A stretch of 64,000 nt of DNA from an uncultured Gemmatimonadales bacterium (lineage in GTDB: Bacteria; Gemmatimonadota; Gemmatimonadetes; Longimicrobiales; Gaopeijiaceae), in contig CAWGKG010000014.1 in the NCBI GenBank assembly GCA_963823035.1, positions 512,001 through 576,000 on the forward strand, read 5' to 3'. A program made the translations under genes and the position numbers. Numbering within the stretch: the stretch's first letter is position 1; the number at the start of each line of letters is the position of its first letter. Below are positions 51,073 through 62,788 of the stretch, piece by piece. Below the pieces are notes generated by a model. The model had not been told where the DNA came from. It did no database searches and saw nothing but the letters and a program-made list of their open reading frames with translations.

Positions 51073-52734
51073 ATGGTCGCGCGGCTCAAGACCCTGCTCT
51101 CCTCCCTCGCAGCGCGTCTTCTGGTGCCCCTCTTCCTGACGGTCGGCGTCGTGCTCACCGTGCACGCCCTGGTCAGCTTCGGCTCGATCAAGGACCACTT
51201 CCTCTCCCTCGTCGGGGGCGAGGCCCAGCGCTCCAGCAGCCTGATCCGTCGTGCCACGCACGACGGCATGCTCCTGAACCGCCTCGACGAGGTGCAGGCC
51301 ACGATCGAGCGCCTCGCAGAGGGCCCCGAGGTGGCGGCCATCCGCGTCTACGACAAGACCGGAGAGGTCGTCCTGTCGAGCGACCGGCGCGAGATCGGCT
51401 TCCACATCCCGGTGGACGCCGACCCCTGCACGCGCTGCCATCAGGTGGGGCCGCATTCGGACACCGTGGCCACGGAGGCCGCAGAGGTGGTGCAAGCGTC
51501 CGGTGGCGAGGTGCTGCGCCGCCTGACCGTGATCGAGAACGAGCCGGCCTGCTCCACCGGCGGGTGCCACACCGAGGCCGCGACGCACTCGGTGCTGGGC
51601 GTCCTGGACGTGGAGATGTCGACGCTTCCCGTGCAGGGTGCCGTGCGCAGCGCCCGCATGCACATCGTGTGGACGACCTTCGTGCTCATCATCGTGATCG
51701 GGATCGTGGCGGCGGTCATGTTCCGCCGGCTCATCGATCAGCCGATCGCACGCCTCCAGGAGGGTACGCGGCGCATCGCGGGTGGCGACCTCGATACCCG
51801 CATCGACGTGCGGGGCGGCCACGAGCTGGCCCGCCTGGCCGGCGACTTCAACCGGATGGCGGAGGATCTGAGCCGCGCCAAGAACCAGCTCACCGAGTGG
51901 TCGCACACCCTCGAGGAGAAGGTCGAGGTGAAGCGGGAGGAGCTGCGCAAGGCGCAGAGCCAGGTCCTCCACATGGAGAAGATGGCGTCCCTCGGGAAGC
52001 TATCCGCCACGGTCGCCCACGAGCTCAACAACCCCATCAGCGGGATGCTCACGTACGCCCGCCTGGTGGAGCGGGAGCTGGTCGAGCAGCCGCTGGACGC
52101 CGACGTGCGTCCCGAGCTCGAGCGCTACCTGCGCCTGATCCAGCAGGAGTGCACGCGTTGCGGCGCGATCGTGAAGAACCTCCTCGTCTTCGCGCGGCGC
52201 ACGGGCGGCGACATGGCCTCGGTGGACGTGAACGAGGTGGTCGACCGCAGCCTGATGCTGGTGCGCCACCGACTCGACATGGGCGGGACGGAGCTGCACA
52301 CGCGCTTCCTCGAGGGTGACGCGCACGTGGTGGCGGACCCGGGCCAGGTGCAGCAGGCGCTGGTCGCCCTCCTGGTCAACGCGGTGGAGGCGATGGGCGA
52401 GGGTGGCGCGCTGAACGTGAGCGTGGAGGGGGACCGCGACGGCGTCCGCATCGTCATCCAGGACACCGGTCCCGGCATCGCGCCCGATGTCCTCCCGATG
52501 ATCTTCGAGCCGTTCTTCTCGACCAAGGACAGCGAGAGCGGCGTGGGCCTCGGCCTCGCCGTCGTGTACGGCATCGTGCATCGGCACGGCGGCACGATCG
52601 AAGTCGCGTCGGACGTGGGCGTCGGCACGACCTTCCACCTCCGCTTCCCGCGCATCCCTCCCGCGGAGAGCCTGGCGAAGGCCGAGCGGGAGCGCCTGCC
52701 CGAACCCTTGCTGCCCGACCCGGTGAGCCGATAG
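51073..52734 (+). CDS. Sensor histidine kinase with a haem-c-binding periplasmic domain
   Basis: 2 TMs flanking CTRCH and NEPACSTGGCH; HAMP; AHELNNP H-box; DTGPGI, FEPFFSTK, GVGLGL. Confidence 0.93.
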   Translation: MVARLKTLLSSLAARLLVPLFLTVGVVLTVHALVSFGSIKDHFLSLVGGEAQRSSSLIRRATHDGMLLNRLDEVQATIERLAEGPEVAAIRVYDKTGEVVLSSDRREIGFHIPVDADPCTRCHQVGPHSDTVATEAAEVVQASGGEVLRRLTVIENEPACSTGGCHTEAATHSVLGVLDVEMSTLPVQGAVRSARMHIVWTTFVLIIVIGIVAAVMFRRLIDQPIARLQEGTRRIAGGDLDTRIDVRGGHELARLAGDFNRMAEDLSRAKNQLTEWSHTLEEKVEVKREELRKAQSQVLHMEKMASLGKLSATVAHELNNPISGMLTYARLVERELVEQPLDADVRPELERYLRLIQQECTRCGAIVKNLLVFARRTGGDMASVDVNEVVDRSLMLVRHRLDMGGTELHTRFLEGDAHVVADPGQVQQALVALLVNAVEAMGEGGALNVSVEGDRDGVRIVIQDTGPGIAPDVLPMIFEPFFSTKDSESGVGLGLAVVYGIVHRHGGTIEVASDVGVGTTFHLRFPRIPPAESLAKAERERLPEPLLPDPVSR

Positions 52735-52746
52735 GAGACGCACGAC

Positions 52747-54093
52747 ATGACGTCGAAGGAGACGAGCATCCTGGTCGTCGACGACGAGTACTCCGTGCGC
52801 GACTCGCTGCAGAGCTGGTTCCGCAAGGACGGCTATCAGGTCCGCATCGCGGAGAACGCCGAGGAGGCGCTGAAGGCCGTGGCAGAGGCCGCGTTCGACG
52901 TCGCGGTCGTGGACGTGCGCATGCCGGGGATGGACGGCGTACAGCTCCAGGAACACCTGCACCAGGCCGACCCCCGCATGGAGGTCATCATGATCACCGC
53001 CTTCGCCTCGGTGGAGACGGCGGTGCGCAGCCTGAAGCAGGGCGCGTTCGACTACGTGTCGAAGCCGATCGACCCGGACGAGCTGAGCCACCTGGTGCGC
53101 CGTGCCCTGGAGCGCCGGCGGCTGCGCGAGGAGAACCTGCAGCTGCGCGGGACGATCGACGAGTTCGTGGCCGGCGATACGATCGTCGGCGAGAGCCCGC
53201 CGATGCGGAAGGTCATGGAGCTGGCCGAGCACGTGGCGAAGACCGACGCAACGGTCCTCATCCGGGGGGAGAGCGGCACGGGCAAGGAGCTCATCGCGCG
53301 GGCCATCCACGCCAACAGCCGTCGGCGCTACGCCCCGATCATCGCGGTCAACTGCGGCGCCCTCCCGGAGACACTGCTGGAGAGCGAGCTGTTCGGGCAC
53401 GAGAAGGGAGCGTTCACCGGGGCACAGTACCGGCGGAAGGGCCGCCTGGAGATGGCCGACGGTGGCACTCTCTTCCTCGACGAGGTCGGCTCGATCAGCG
53501 CGAAGACGCAGGTGGACCTGCTGCGCGTGCTCGAGACGAAGGAGTTCACGCGCCTCGGCGGGACACGCTCGGTCGAGGTCGATTTCCGCGTGATCTGCGC
53601 CACGAACGAGGACCTCGAGAAGGCCGTGGAGAACGGCACCTTCCGCGAGGACTTCTACTACCGCATCAACGTCTTCACGATCGAAGCGCCGCCGCTGCGG
53701 TCGCGCCGCTCGGACATCCCGATGCTGGCCGAGCACCTCCTGAAGCGCTTCGCGCGCCAGATGGACACGCGCATCCGGGGGATCAGCCCGAAGGCGATGG
53801 CGGTCCTCACCACGTGGGACTGGCCCGGCAACGTGCGCGAGCTGTCCAACGCGATCGAGCGTGCCATGGTGGTGGGCGCGGAGGAGACGATCCAGCCCGA
53901 GGACCTGCCCGTGCGCATCGGGTCCCGGCGGAGCGGCAACGGCCAGCCCGACTCCCTCGCGGAGGTCGAGCGCCGCCACATCAGCGCGGTCCTCGACCGC
54001 ACGGACTGGAACATCACGCACTCGGCCGAGATCCTCGGCATCGACCGCGTGACCGTCTACAACAAGATCAAGAAGTACGGGCTCACGCGCTGA
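52747..54093 (+). CDS. Sigma-54-dependent response regulator (NtrC family)
   Basis: REC (VVDDE, DVRMP); GESGTGKE, GAFTGA, LFLDEVG, WPGNVREL; Fis-type HTH. Confidence 0.96.
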   Translation: MTSKETSILVVDDEYSVRDSLQSWFRKDGYQVRIAENAEEALKAVAEAAFDVAVVDVRMPGMDGVQLQEHLHQADPRMEVIMITAFASVETAVRSLKQGAFDYVSKPIDPDELSHLVRRALERRRLREENLQLRGTIDEFVAGDTIVGESPPMRKVMELAEHVAKTDATVLIRGESGTGKELIARAIHANSRRRYAPIIAVNCGALPETLLESELFGHEKGAFTGAQYRRKGRLEMADGGTLFLDEVGSISAKTQVDLLRVLETKEFTRLGGTRSVEVDFRVICATNEDLEKAVENGTFREDFYYRINVFTIEAPPLRSRRSDIPMLAEHLLKRFARQMDTRIRGISPKAMAVLTTWDWPGNVRELSNAIERAMVVGAEETIQPEDLPVRIGSRRSGNGQPDSLAEVERRHISAVLDRTDWNITHSAEILGIDRVTVYNKIKKYGLTR

Positions 54094-54127
54094 GCTCGTA
54101 GGAGGGGTCAAATCCCCCTACAGGAAG

Positions 54128-54195
54128 TCCTCTGCGTCCTCTGCGTCCTCTGTGGTGAACAGCTTCACCACAGAGGACGCAGAGGACGCAGAGGA
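54128..54195. repeat. Perfect 32-bp inverted repeat with internal 9-bp tandem units, between convergent genes
   Basis: TCCTCTGCGTCCTCTGCGTCCTCTGTGGTGAA-cagc-TTCACCACAGAGGACGCAGAGGACGCAGAGGA. Confidence 0.92.
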
Positions 54196-54196
54196 T

Positions 54197-54409
54197 CTAG
54201 GATCGGTGCTGCGCGGCATCCTCCCGATGGATACCCGTCCACCGCAGGATGTCCTCCATGAGGCACCACCGCGTCAGCGCCGACTGGAACAGGTTCACGC
54301 CGACGAAGGCGGTGAAGAGGAGCCACCAGGGGCTCACCCACCATCCCAGCGCCAGGGAAACCAGGATCAACGTACCGGCGATCAGCCGGATCTTGTGGTG
54401 CAGGCTCAT
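54197..54409 (-). CDS. DUF2892 / YgaP-like membrane protein
   Basis: IRLIAGTLIL, FVGVNLFQSALTRWCLME. Confidence 0.88.
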   Translation of the reverse strand: MSLHHKIRLIAGTLILVSLALGWWVSPWWLLFTAFVGVNLFQSALTRWCLMEDILRWTGIHREDAAQHRS

Positions 54410-54425
54410 GGGACTCCGTTGAGGA

Positions 54426-54746
54426 TCAGGCGTTCTGGGTGGATGTCGGCAGGCCGGACGTGACCACCTTCTCGACGTCGACCTGCCACGCGTGGATCGG
54501 GTGGGTGGCGTCCTTGCAGCCGGTGCAGGCGGAGATGGCCGCCATCAGCTCCCCGGCCTTCTGGACGGAGAGGAATACCAGCAGCATGCGCGAGCGGTAG
54601 GGCGCCACCTTCCCGTACCACCCCGCGGTGCCCAGGCCGTGGCCCTCGACCGGAAGCTCGCTGTACGCCGCGACCTCGTGCTGGTCGAGGAGCTGCCGGA
54701 CCCCCGGCTCGTCGTCTTCGAGGTACATCAGGATCACGAGCTTCAT
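54426..54746 (-). CDS. Small PII-like transporter-associated protein
   Basis: Beta-alpha-beta pattern, VEGHG T-loop-like segment, CTGC; translationally coupled to the RND gene. Confidence 0.6.
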   Translation of the reverse strand: MKLVILMYLEDDEPGVRQLLDQHEVAAYSELPVEGHGLGTAGWYGKVAPYRSRMLLVFLSVQKAGELMAAISACTGCKDATHPIHAWQVDVEKVVTSGLPTSTQNA

Positions 54747-57700
54747 GCTTCACCTCGCCGCTTCATGAGGAAGTAGATCCCCGGCACGACAACCAGGGAG
54801 AGGATGGTCGAGGCGACCGAGCCCGCGATCAGGGCCACGGCCAGCCCCTGGAAGATCGGATCGAAGAGGATCACCACGGCGCCGATCACCACGGCGCCGG
54901 CCGTGATCACGATCGGGCGTGTACGCACCGCCCCGGCCTCGATGATGGCCTCGGTGAGCGGGACGCCGGCTTCCAGGCGTGCCTCGAGGTAGTCGATGAG
55001 CAGGATCCCGTTTCTCACCATGATCCCGGCCAGCGCGATCATGCCGATCATCGAGGTCGCCGTGAAGAACGCCCCTGCGAGCAGGTGGCCCGGCGCGATC
55101 CCGATCAGCGTCAGGGGAATCGCGGCCATCATCACGAGCGGCGTCGTGAGCGACCCGAACCACCCGACGATCAGCACGTAGATCAGCACGAGCGCACCGG
55201 CGAAGGCCATGCCCAGGTCGCGGAACACCTCGTACGTGATCTGCCACTCGCCGTCCCACTTCATCACCGGCCGATCCGTCGCGGCAGGCTGCCGCGCGAA
55301 GAGGCGACCGAGCGGCGCGTCGCCCGCGACGCGGATCGAGTCCAGCCCGTTCTCCATGTCGAGGATCGCGTAGACCGGGCTCTCCTCGCTTCCCGGCGAC
55401 CTCCGCCATGACGTAGACCACGCGCTTGCCGTTCTTGCGGTCGATCACCTGTGGGCGGGTGGCCTCGACGACGCGCACCAGCTCGCCGACCGGCACCATC
55501 CCACCGGACATCGAGGCCACCGGGATGCGCTCCAGGCGACGCTCGCCCGAGCGGTCGGCCTCGGCCACCTGGACACGCACCGGCACCGCCGTGCGCGACT
55601 CGGGAGCCGACAAGTGGGTGACCACCTGCCCCGCCAACGCGAGACGAAGAGCGCCGACGGCCTGCTCCTTGGCCACGCCCGAGAGCGCCGCCTTCTCGGC
55701 GTCGACCTCCATGCGCAGTTCGCGCTGCGGCGCCGTGAGGGACCAGTCGACGTCGACCACGCCCTCCTGCGCCTTGAAGCGGTCCATCACCTCATGCGCC
55801 ACGCGTTCGCGCTCGGCCCCGTCGTCGCCATAGATCTCGGCCACGAGCGTGGACAGCACCGGCGGGCCCGGCGGCACCTCCACCACCTTCGCGCTCGCCT
55901 CGAGCCCCGAGCACGCGACGATCGAGTCCACGATCGGACGCAGCGCGCGCGCCACGTCGTGGCTCTGCGCCTTCCGCTCGCCCTTGTCCACCAGGTTCAC
56001 CTGCAGGTCGGCCACGTTCGGGCCCTGCCGCAGGTAGTAGTGGCGGATCATCCCGTTGAAGTTGAAGGGCGCGGCCACGCCCGCGTACATCTGCACGTCG
56101 GCTACTTCCGCGACGGCCGCGACGGCCCTGCCCACGTCGCTGGCGAGCGCCAGCGTGGACTCGAGCGGCGTGCCCTCGGGCAGATCGAGGATGACCTGCA
56201 CCTCGTTCTTGTCGTCGAAGGGGAGCATCTTCACCTGCACCCAGCGGGTCAGGAACATCCCTCCGGCTCCGACCAGGAGCACCACCACCGTCGCCAGCGC
56301 ACCCCACATCGCCGCCGGACGGGCGAGCAGCGGCCGCATGAGCGATGCGTACAGGCGATAGATCTTCGTCTTCTCGAGCGCGTACGCCTCACCCTCGCCG
56401 TGCGCGTGCGCGCCGGCGAGCAGCTTGAACGCCAGCCAGGGCGTGATCGTCAGCGCCACGGCGAGGGAGAACAGCATCGCCACCGTGGCGCCGACCGGCA
56501 TCGGGCTCATGTACGGCCCCATCAGCCCGCGCACGAACAGCATGGGCAGCACCGCCGCGATCACGGTGAGCGTGGCCAGGATCGTCGGATTGCCCACCTC
56601 GTCCACGGCGGCGCGCGCTGCGGCCCGGAGGGGCCGGTCCCGCATGCTGAAGTGCCGCTCCATGTTCTCGGCCACGATGATCGAGTCGTCCACCACGATG
56701 CCGGTGACGAAGATCAGGGCGAACAGCGTCACCCGATTGAGCGTGTAGCCCAGGATCTGGTAGACGAAGAGCGTGAGCGCGAAGGTCAGCGGCACCGACA
56801 CCATCACGACCAGCGCGCTCCGCCACCCCATCGTCAGCAGGATGATGAACCCGACCGAGAGAACGGCCAGGAGGAGGTGCTCCTGAAGGGTGAGGACCTT
56901 GTGTCGGGCGGTCTCGCCGTAGTTGCGCGTGACCTCCACGGCCACGTTGTCCGGCACGAGGCGCCCCTGGGCCTCCTCGAGACGGGCCTCGAGCGCCCGC
57001 CCCACTTCGGTCGCGTCGGCGCCGGGACGCTTGGAGACCGCAAGCGAGACCATCGGGATCCAGTCGCCCCGCTCACCCGACTGGAAGGTGTACTGGCTCA
57101 CCTCGGACGGCCCGTCGACCACGGTGGCCACGTCGCGCACCTGCACGAGGGCGCCGTCGCGGACGTCGAGCACCACGCGCGCCACGTCGTCCGCGTCCGC
57201 CAGGAAGGAGCCCGCCATGACGCGGACCACCTGATCGTCGTGCGTGTAGGTGCCCGCCTCGGTCTCCATGTTCTCGCCGCCGAGCCGCTGAGCGACACGC
57301 GACGGGTCGATTCCGTACGCGGACAGGCGCTCCGGGTCGAGCTCGACGCGCACCTCGCGCGGATAGCCTCCCACGACCTGCACGTCGCGCACGTCCGGGA
57401 CGGCCTCGAGCTCGACACGCATCTCGTCGGCGAGGCGGCGGAGCGCGGCGCCGTCCATCCCGCCGCCGTACAGCGCCGCCGTGAAGAACGGCACGTCGTC
57501 GATCGTCACGGTCTTCACCAGGGGAAACTGCAGCCCCGGCGGCATCCGGTCCGCGTTCTTGAGCAGCGTGCTGTAGAGCTGGACCAGGCTCTGCTCCATG
57601 TCCCGGCCCACCTCGTAGCGCACCGTCACGAGCCCGAAGCCGGGCTCGGCGTGGCTGTACACGTACTCCACGCCCTCGATGCCGGAGAGCACGTTCTCCA

Positions 57701-57914
57701 GCGGCACCAGCACGCGGTTCTCGACCTCCGCCGGCGTGGCGCCGGGCAGAGGGAGGTACAGGTCCGCGAGCGGCACGATGATCTGCGGCTCCTCCTCGCT
57801 CGGCATCGTCGAGACGGTCCACGCCCCGAGACCCAGCGCCGCGACCATCAGGAGGGGGGTGAGCTTCGACTCGAGGAAGACGCCGGCCAGGCGGCCCGCC
57901 AGGTTCTCCTTCAC
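54743..57914 (-). CDS. RND efflux permease subunit (frameshift ~55390)
   Basis: [47 protein letters not shown]. Confidence 0.92.
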
Positions 57915-58972
57915 CGGTCCACCTCCCCACCCACGGTGGTGTCGGTGCCGGGCGCACCCCACGGCTCCTGGCTGGTGTTCGACACCGGCCGCCCGTCGAA
58001 GAGCTCGGCGACGGGCCGCCGCACGACCCCGTTCAGCCCCACGGGTCCGGACAACAGCTCGACCGCGTCGTCCCTGCGCTGACCGAGGCGCACCCACCGC
58101 AACCGCACCGTGTCGGACTCGACCGCGTAGACGCCGGTGAGCTGCCCTCGGTCGACCACCGCGTCGACGGGAACCCACCGCGGCCCCTCACCCTCTCGCT
58201 GGACCTCCAACCGGCCGTACGCGCCGGGCACCAGGCCGGTCGTCGAACCCTCGAAGGCGGCCTCCACCCGGAAGGTGCGGCTCCCCTCTCCCAGCGCGGG
58301 TACCACGCGCGTGACCCGCACGGAGAGGGTGGCGTCGCCGATGCGCAGCCGCACGCTCCGCCCCACCTCCAGCGATCCTGCACGGCTGGCGGGGAGCTCG
58401 GCCACGACCTTCAGAGCGCCCGGCGCCATCACGGTCAAGAGGGGACGTCCCGGAACGGCCAGGTCGCCGGGGTCGGCCATGCGCCGCGTGACCACCCCGT
58501 CGAACGGAGCCGTCACCGTCGCGTAGGCACCCTGCGCATCGGCCTCGGTGCGTTGGGCGCGGGCACCCTCGAGCGCGGCCGCGACCTGGTCCAGCTCCTG
58601 CTGGGAAGCGGCCCCGTCGCGATGCAGGTTCTCGACCCTCTGGAAGGTGCGGGCCGCCAGCTCCTCCTGGGCGCGTGCGGCCCCGACGCGGGCCTGGATG
58701 TCGGCGGCGTCCAGTGCCACCAGCGGGTCACCACGGTGCACGCGGGCACCCACGTCCACCAGGACGCGCTCGACCGTGCCGCTCATCCGGGTGGCCAGGT
58801 CCGCCGTGCGCTCCGAGACCACCCTGGCGGGGAAGCTCTCCACCGCGGGGGCCCGCCGAACCGCGGACACGGTCACGGCGACCGGCTCGGCGCTCATCGG
58901 CAGCCGCCCGGGCTCGTCCGCCGCGCAGGCCGCCACGACCAGCGTGGCGGCAATCGTGATCACTCGCTTCAT
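57911..58972 (-). CDS. RND periplasmic adaptor (MFP), lipoprotein
   Basis: VVAAC lipobox; SGTVERVLVDVG; TAPFDGVV; hairpin helices. Confidence 0.92.
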   Translation of the reverse strand: MKRVITIAATLVVAACAADEPGRLPMSAEPVAVTVSAVRRAPAVESFPARVVSERTADLATRMSGTVERVLVDVGARVHRGDPLVALDAADIQARVGAARAQEELAARTFQRVENLHRDGAASQQELDQVAAALEGARAQRTEADAQGAYATVTAPFDGVVTRRMADPGDLAVPGRPLLTVMAPGALKVVAELPASRAGSLEVGRSVRLRIGDATLSVRVTRVVPALGEGSRTFRVEAAFEGSTTGLVPGAYGRLEVQREGEGPRWVPVDAVVDRGQLTGVYAVESDTVRLRWVRLGQRRDDAVELLSGPVGLNGVVRRPVAELFDGRPVSNTSQEPWGAPGTDTTVGGEVDR

Positions 58973-60295
58973 CGGTCCATACCCCCGTCGAGGTCGTTGT
59001 CGTTCGTGTCGGTGAGGAAGGTCAGGCGCGCGAGCGCCAGGTGGAGCGAAAGCCGGATGTTGACGGCCTGCGTCAGCAGGTCGGCGGACCGCGCCTCGGC
59101 CCCCAGCAGCTCGGAGGTGGTCGTGAGCCCCTCCTCGAAGCGTCGGCGCATGAGGCGGGCGGCCTCCGCAGCCGCGTCTGCCGCCGCCTGCGCGGCGGTG
59201 GAGCCCTGGCGGGCGGCTTCGACGCCCCTGCGCGCCTCGCCGAGCTCCGCCTCCGCCTCCCGCACCCGCTGCTCGTACTCGATACGGGCGGCGTCGCGCA
59301 TCGAGGCGGCCGCCCGCTCCTGAGCGGTGATCTTGAAGCCCGTGAAGAGCGGTACGCGCACCTGGAAGCCCACCGTCCAGTCGTGCTCCGCCCCCGAGAA
59401 CGCCTCGGCGGAATGCGTCTCCAGCCGGGCGAACCCTTCCACCCGGGGGAGTCGGGCTCGGCGCACCTGCGCCAGCCGCGCCTCCGAGGCCCGCACGCCC
59501 GCCTCCGAAGCCATCAGGTCCGGGCGGGCCGTGACGTCCCCGGCGCCGGCACCCCGATCCGCGAAGGTGGTGTCCACCGGCACCGGAACGGCACCCGCGG
59601 GCCAGCCCATGGCAACGGCCAGTCGGACACGAGCGTCGGTGAGGCCGCGCTGGGCGTCGATCCGACGTGCGCGGGCGCCCTCGAGCGCAGCACGGGCCTG
59701 CAGGAGGTCCGCGTCCGTGAGCATCCCCTGATCACGACGACGACTCGTCAGGTCCTCGTTCGCCTGCGCTGCGGTGAGGGCGGCCTCCACCGCGGCCAGC
59801 CGCCACTCGGCACCCACGGCCTCCAGGTAGCGCACCTCCGCCCGGAACGCGGCGGCACGGGACGCCCACTCCGCGCCGAGTCCGGCGGCGTCCGCCTCGG
59901 CCGACGCCGCGCGGTAGCCGGCGTCCGCGCTGAAGTCCACCGGGGCCCACATCGGCACCCACCGCCCCGGACCAGTCCGTGAGCGCGTCCGGGTGATTGA
60001 GCGCGGCCGGGTCGAAGTCCTGCTGCGAGAAGCGCGCCTGACGCAGCCGCCCGCCGAACGCGGCGACCGGATCGTCGGAGCGGACCATGCCCGCTTCGAC
60101 GCCCACGGTCGGCCAGAGGAAGGAGGAGGAGGCGCGGCGACCCTGGCGGGCGGCCTCGGCCCGCGCCCTGGCCACCTGCGCGTCGGCGCTTCCGGTCCGC
60201 GCTTCCGCGACGGCCTCGGAGAGCGTGATCGGCCGCTCCTGCGCCTGGATCGGCGTGACGCGGATCCCGAGCAGGCACAGCGCGAGCTCTAACAT
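58969..60295 (-). CDS. TolC-family outer-membrane protein (frameshift ~59955)
   Basis: ITLSEAV, RPDL, LPRV, VPLFTGF, RFEEGL. Confidence 0.88.
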
Positions 60296-60301
60296 TAGTC
60301 T

Positions 60302-60319
60302 ATACATATTTTCATATGT
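60302..60319 (-). promoter_or_regulatory. Operator-like box upstream of tolC
   Basis: ACATATGAAAATATGTAT, similar to the box upstream of arsR. Confidence 0.55.
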
Positions 60320-60366
60320 GTTGGATGCGAGAAAAGCCGCCCAGGATGGCGGCTCCGTTTCCTTCT

Positions 60367-60672
60367 TCAGCAGTTCGCCTGACGCACGCAGGACAGGACC
60401 TTCAAGGCGCGCTCGTCTCCGATGCTGTAGTAGACGTGGACGCCATCCTTGCGGCGAAGGAGGATGCCCTTGTCCCACATGGTGGTGAGGTGCTGCGAGG
60501 CCACGGCCTGCTCCACGCCGAGCGCCTCGTAGATCTCCGTCACCGTCGCCTCACCGCCCCTCTCGAGCACGTCGAGGATGCGCAGGCGCAACGGATGCCC
60601 GAGGCACCGCAGGACGTGGGCCGTGTTCTCCACCTCGCCGTCCGTCAGGGTCTTGTCCATCTCGGTCGCCAT
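60367..60672 (-). CDS. ArsR/SmtB-family repressor with Cys residues
   Basis: LRCLGHPLRLRIL, ASQHL, VYYSI, C-terminal LSCVRQANC; GGAGG RBS. Confidence 0.9.
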   Translation of the reverse strand: MATEMDKTLTDGEVENTAHVLRCLGHPLRLRILDVLERGGEATVTEIYEALGVEQAVASQHLTTMWDKGILLRRKDGVHVYYSIGDERALKVLSCVRQANC

Positions 60673-60699
60673 CTTCTCCTCCACCCCCGAGTCAATGAG

Positions 60700-60717
60700 A
60701 TATAGATATTACTATGT
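60700..60717 (-). promoter_or_regulatory. Palindromic operator-like box upstream of arsR
   Basis: ACATAG-TAATAT-CTATAT. Confidence 0.6.
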
Positions 60718-60791
60718 GTTGATGGGAAGTCAAGGGTGAGCGCTTGGGGTGTGGCGGGTACGGCGGTGGCGGACGCCGGGGCTGCCGGCTG

Positions 60792-61631
60792 CTAGTTGGC
60801 CCGGTGGCGCTTGGAGACCTCGTCGAGCAGCCTGAGCTCGTCGGGAGTCAGGGACGACATTCCCTCGGCGGAGATCTTGTCCAGCACGCGGTCCACGGCA
60901 TCGTAGAGCGCCTGGTCTTCCTTCCCCTGCCGGCCGCCGCTCGCCTTGCGGGCGCTCGCGCGCTCGTCGCGGTCGGCGCGCGGCACGATGGCGAGGCGCC
61001 TCGCCTTCACGGCCTGGGCGACGTGCTTCACGCGCTTGCCGCTGCGCAGGTCGCTCTTCAGGTAGATGAAGCCGGTGACGAGGCCGCCGAGGTGCGCGAA
61101 GTGCGCGATGCCGCCGCCGGCCGAGCCGTCGAAGGCGCTCAGGAGGCTGACGATGAAGAAGAAGGCCACCAGCCACTTCGCCTTCACGGGGAAGATGCCG
61201 AAGACGTAGATCGGGGCGTCCGGCCAGTTCATCGCGAAGGCCAGCATGATCCCGTAGATCGCCGCGGAGGCGCCGATCACCGTCGCCGGGAGGAAGAGGT
61301 AGCTGAGGGCGACGCCGCCCAGCCCGCAGATCACGTAGTACTTGAAGAACTCCCTCCCGCCCCACCGGCTCTCCAGCGGAGGTCCGAAGAAGAAGAGGAA
61401 GAGCATGTTCATCGCGACGTGCATCAAGCCGCCGTGGATGAACATGTACGTGAACACGCCCCAGGGGCGGATGAAGATCCGCGTGGGCTGGAAGGCGAAC
61501 CAGTCGACGGCGAGGCGCCCGGCGCCCGGCACCAGCATGACGGCGAACACCGCCACGTTGGCGATCAGCAGCCGCTTCACCACGGGGGTGAGCATGCCGC
61601 CGAATCCGAAGCTCCTGGTCGAATACGCCAT
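60792..61631 (-). CDS. Rhomboid intramembrane serine protease
   Basis: TYMFIHG..H..NM, IGASAA, AHFAHLGG; C-terminal VDRVLDKIS.EG..SLT. Confidence 0.92.
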   Translation of the reverse strand: MAYSTRSFGFGGMLTPVVKRLLIANVAVFAVMLVPGAGRLAVDWFAFQPTRIFIRPWGVFTYMFIHGGLMHVAMNMLFLFFFGPPLESRWGGREFFKYYVICGLGGVALSYLFLPATVIGASAAIYGIMLAFAMNWPDAPIYVFGIFPVKAKWLVAFFFIVSLLSAFDGSAGGGIAHFAHLGGLVTGFIYLKSDLRSGKRVKHVAQAVKARRLAIVPRADRDERASARKASGGRQGKEDQALYDAVDRVLDKISAEGMSSLTPDELRLLDEVSKRHRAN

Positions 61632-61735
61632 CGCCGAACCCGTTCTTCCTTCCCTCGGGGAGAGGTCTGTCAAAACCCCCACCGTCGCGGCAGGTTCCGG
61701 CCGCCCGGTGAGGGCGGTTCAACGCCACATGGAAC

Positions 61736-62788
<1,053 letters not shown>

